Below are positions 63,027 to 64,000 of a stretch of DNA of 64,000 nucleotides, one piece after another; the stretch's first letter is position 1, and each line of letters opens with the position of its first letter. The position numbers were made by a program, and so were the translations under genes. Where the stretch lies: positions 312,241 to 376,240 of the forward strand of contig JBEKVT010000001.1 in assembly GCA_049997795.1 (NCBI GenBank), read 5' to 3'. Under the pieces are notes generated by a model, which saw only the letters and a program-made list of their open reading frames with translations, was not told where the DNA came from and did no database searches. Source of the stretch: Minisyncoccia bacterium. GTDB lineage: Bacteria > Patescibacteriota > Minisyncoccia > Phycocordibacterales > PALSA-1337.

Positions 63027-64000
63027 ATGTCAAAAATAGCCCGCTACGTCTCTTTGGCCTCGCTCTTCCTCATCCCGATCTTCCCGCTCATCGTCATCGA
63101 CCAGCTGTTCTTCCCGTTCATCACCGGCAAGGCCTTCTATTTCCGCCTGCTCGTCGAGGCCGCCTTCGCCGGCTGGCTCGTCCTCTGTTTCCTTGACGCT
63201 AAGTACCGCCCGAAATGGAATGCCCTCACGATCGGCGTCTCGGTCTTCGCCTTGGTCACTCTGGCCGCCGACCTCCTCGGCGTCAATCCCTTGCGTAGCC
63301 TCTGGTCGAACTTCGAGCGCATGGAGGGCTGGATCACCGTCATCCACCTGTGGGCCTTCTTCATGGTGGCCTTGAATGTCTTCGGTCCCGGCGAGGAGGG
63401 GAAGATCCTGTGGCGCCGCTGGTTGAACTTCGAGCTCTTGGTCGCCATTCTGGTCGGTTTCTATGGTCTTTTCCAGCTGTTCGGCTGGGCCGCCATCCAC
63501 CAAGGCTCCGTCCGCATCGACGCCTCTCTAGGGAACGCCGCATACATGGCCGTTTACATGCTCTTGAACGCCGGCATCGCAGCCTACCTATTCTTCTCCG
63601 CGCGCGCGCGAAAAGCCGCCCGGGCCGGATTCCTGAATTGGTATTATCCCATACTGGCCGTCTTCTTCTCGTTCCTCTTGATCGAGACCGCCACTCGTGG
63701 CACCATCCTCGGATTGGTCGGCGGCATCATGCTCGCTCTCCTCGTCTACGCCGTCTTCGGCAAGGGCCAGTCGATCGGATCGCGCCGCATCTCCGGCGGT
63801 GCGGTCAGCCTCCTCGTCATCCTGGGCGTCGCCTTCGTTCTCTTGCGGCACCAGCCTTTCATACAGAAAAACCCCATCCTCGGCCGCATGGCCAGCATCT
63901 CCCTGTCATCGGACGAGACTACCGCCAGGCTCTACGTCTGGTCCATGGCTTTGACCGGTTTCGTCGAACGCCCGGTCCTCGGCTGGGGGCAGGAGAACTT
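63027..64000 (+). CDS. O-antigen ligase / O-oligosaccharyltransferase family membrane protein; 3' end lies outside the window
   Basis: Not in the ORF track. Hand translation gives MSKIARYVSL..FFPFITGK..FR, SLWSNFERMEG, RIDASLGNAAY, TATRG and RLYVW.......RPVLGWGQEN. Confidence 0.88.
   Translation, partial: MSKIARYVSLASLFLIPIFPLIVIDQLFFPFITGKAFYFRLLVEAAFAGWLVLCFLDAKYRPKWNALTIGVSVFALVTLAADLLGVNPLRSLWSNFERMEGWITVIHLWAFFMVALNVFGPGEEGKILWRRWLNFELLVAILVGFYGLFQLFGWAAIHQGSVRIDASLGNAAYMAVYMLLNAGIAAYLFFSARARKAARAGFLNWYYPILAVFFSFLLIETATRGTILGLVGGIMLALLVYAVFGKGQSIGSRRISGGAVSLLVILGVAFVLLRHQPFIQKNPILGRMASISLSSDETTARLYVWSMALTGFVERPVLGWGQEN

Noticed and set aside
68-63954. Many long overlapping or antisense ORFs in the track (e.g. 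7041-7997, 13664-15112, 18649-19758, 25325-26449, 57757-58878)
   Set aside because: They are shadow ORFs of high-GC coding sequence, overlap well-supported genes and carry no motifs.

Overview
A gene-dense, high-GC bacterial window using standard code 11 (TGA is a stop). Gene content and promoter style point to a Patescibacteria/CPR (Parcubacteria-like) genome; this is an inference. (1) 1-10.2 kb is a fermentation island: ADP-forming acyl-CoA synthetase, a two-subunit 2-oxoacid:ferredoxin oxidoreductase, a minimal group-3-like [NiFe]-hydrogenase with protease and accessory gene, PEP synthase and glycerate kinase. (2) 10.2-14 kb holds tRNA-Ile(GAU) with an atypical C38, a membrane protein, radC and orphan genes. 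(3) 14-22 kb is the best candidate for an undescribed system: a degenerate MurD, a fold-II PLP enzyme, a LysW-like Zn-ribbon carrier ending in DEGK rather than EDWGE, an Mpl-like Mur ligase, an ATE/Bpt-like aminoacyl-tRNA transferase coupled to a MraY with a large insertion, an NlpC/P60-like protein and an ATP-grasp ligase. (4) 22-27 kb holds rsmI, a putative glycoside hydrolase and a VirD4/HerA-like ATPase. (5) 27-64 kb is a ~37 kb surface-glycan locus with GT4s, a GT2/GtrA/GT-C set, seven methyltransferase domains, a cytidylyltransferase/mini-pyruvate-kinase-fold/TagF-like module, an ABC flippase, a nonulosonic acid pathway and an O-antigen-ligase-like protein. Non-coding observations: two copies of a ~115-nt palindromic element with many compensatory changes, 10-bp-phased direct repeats over the promoter of an excisionase-like HTH gene, an unannotated 43-aa membrane peptide gene with a consensus promoter, and many -10 boxes 6-9 nt from start codons (probable leaderless transcription). 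All functional calls come from motif recognition by eye; no database searches were run.
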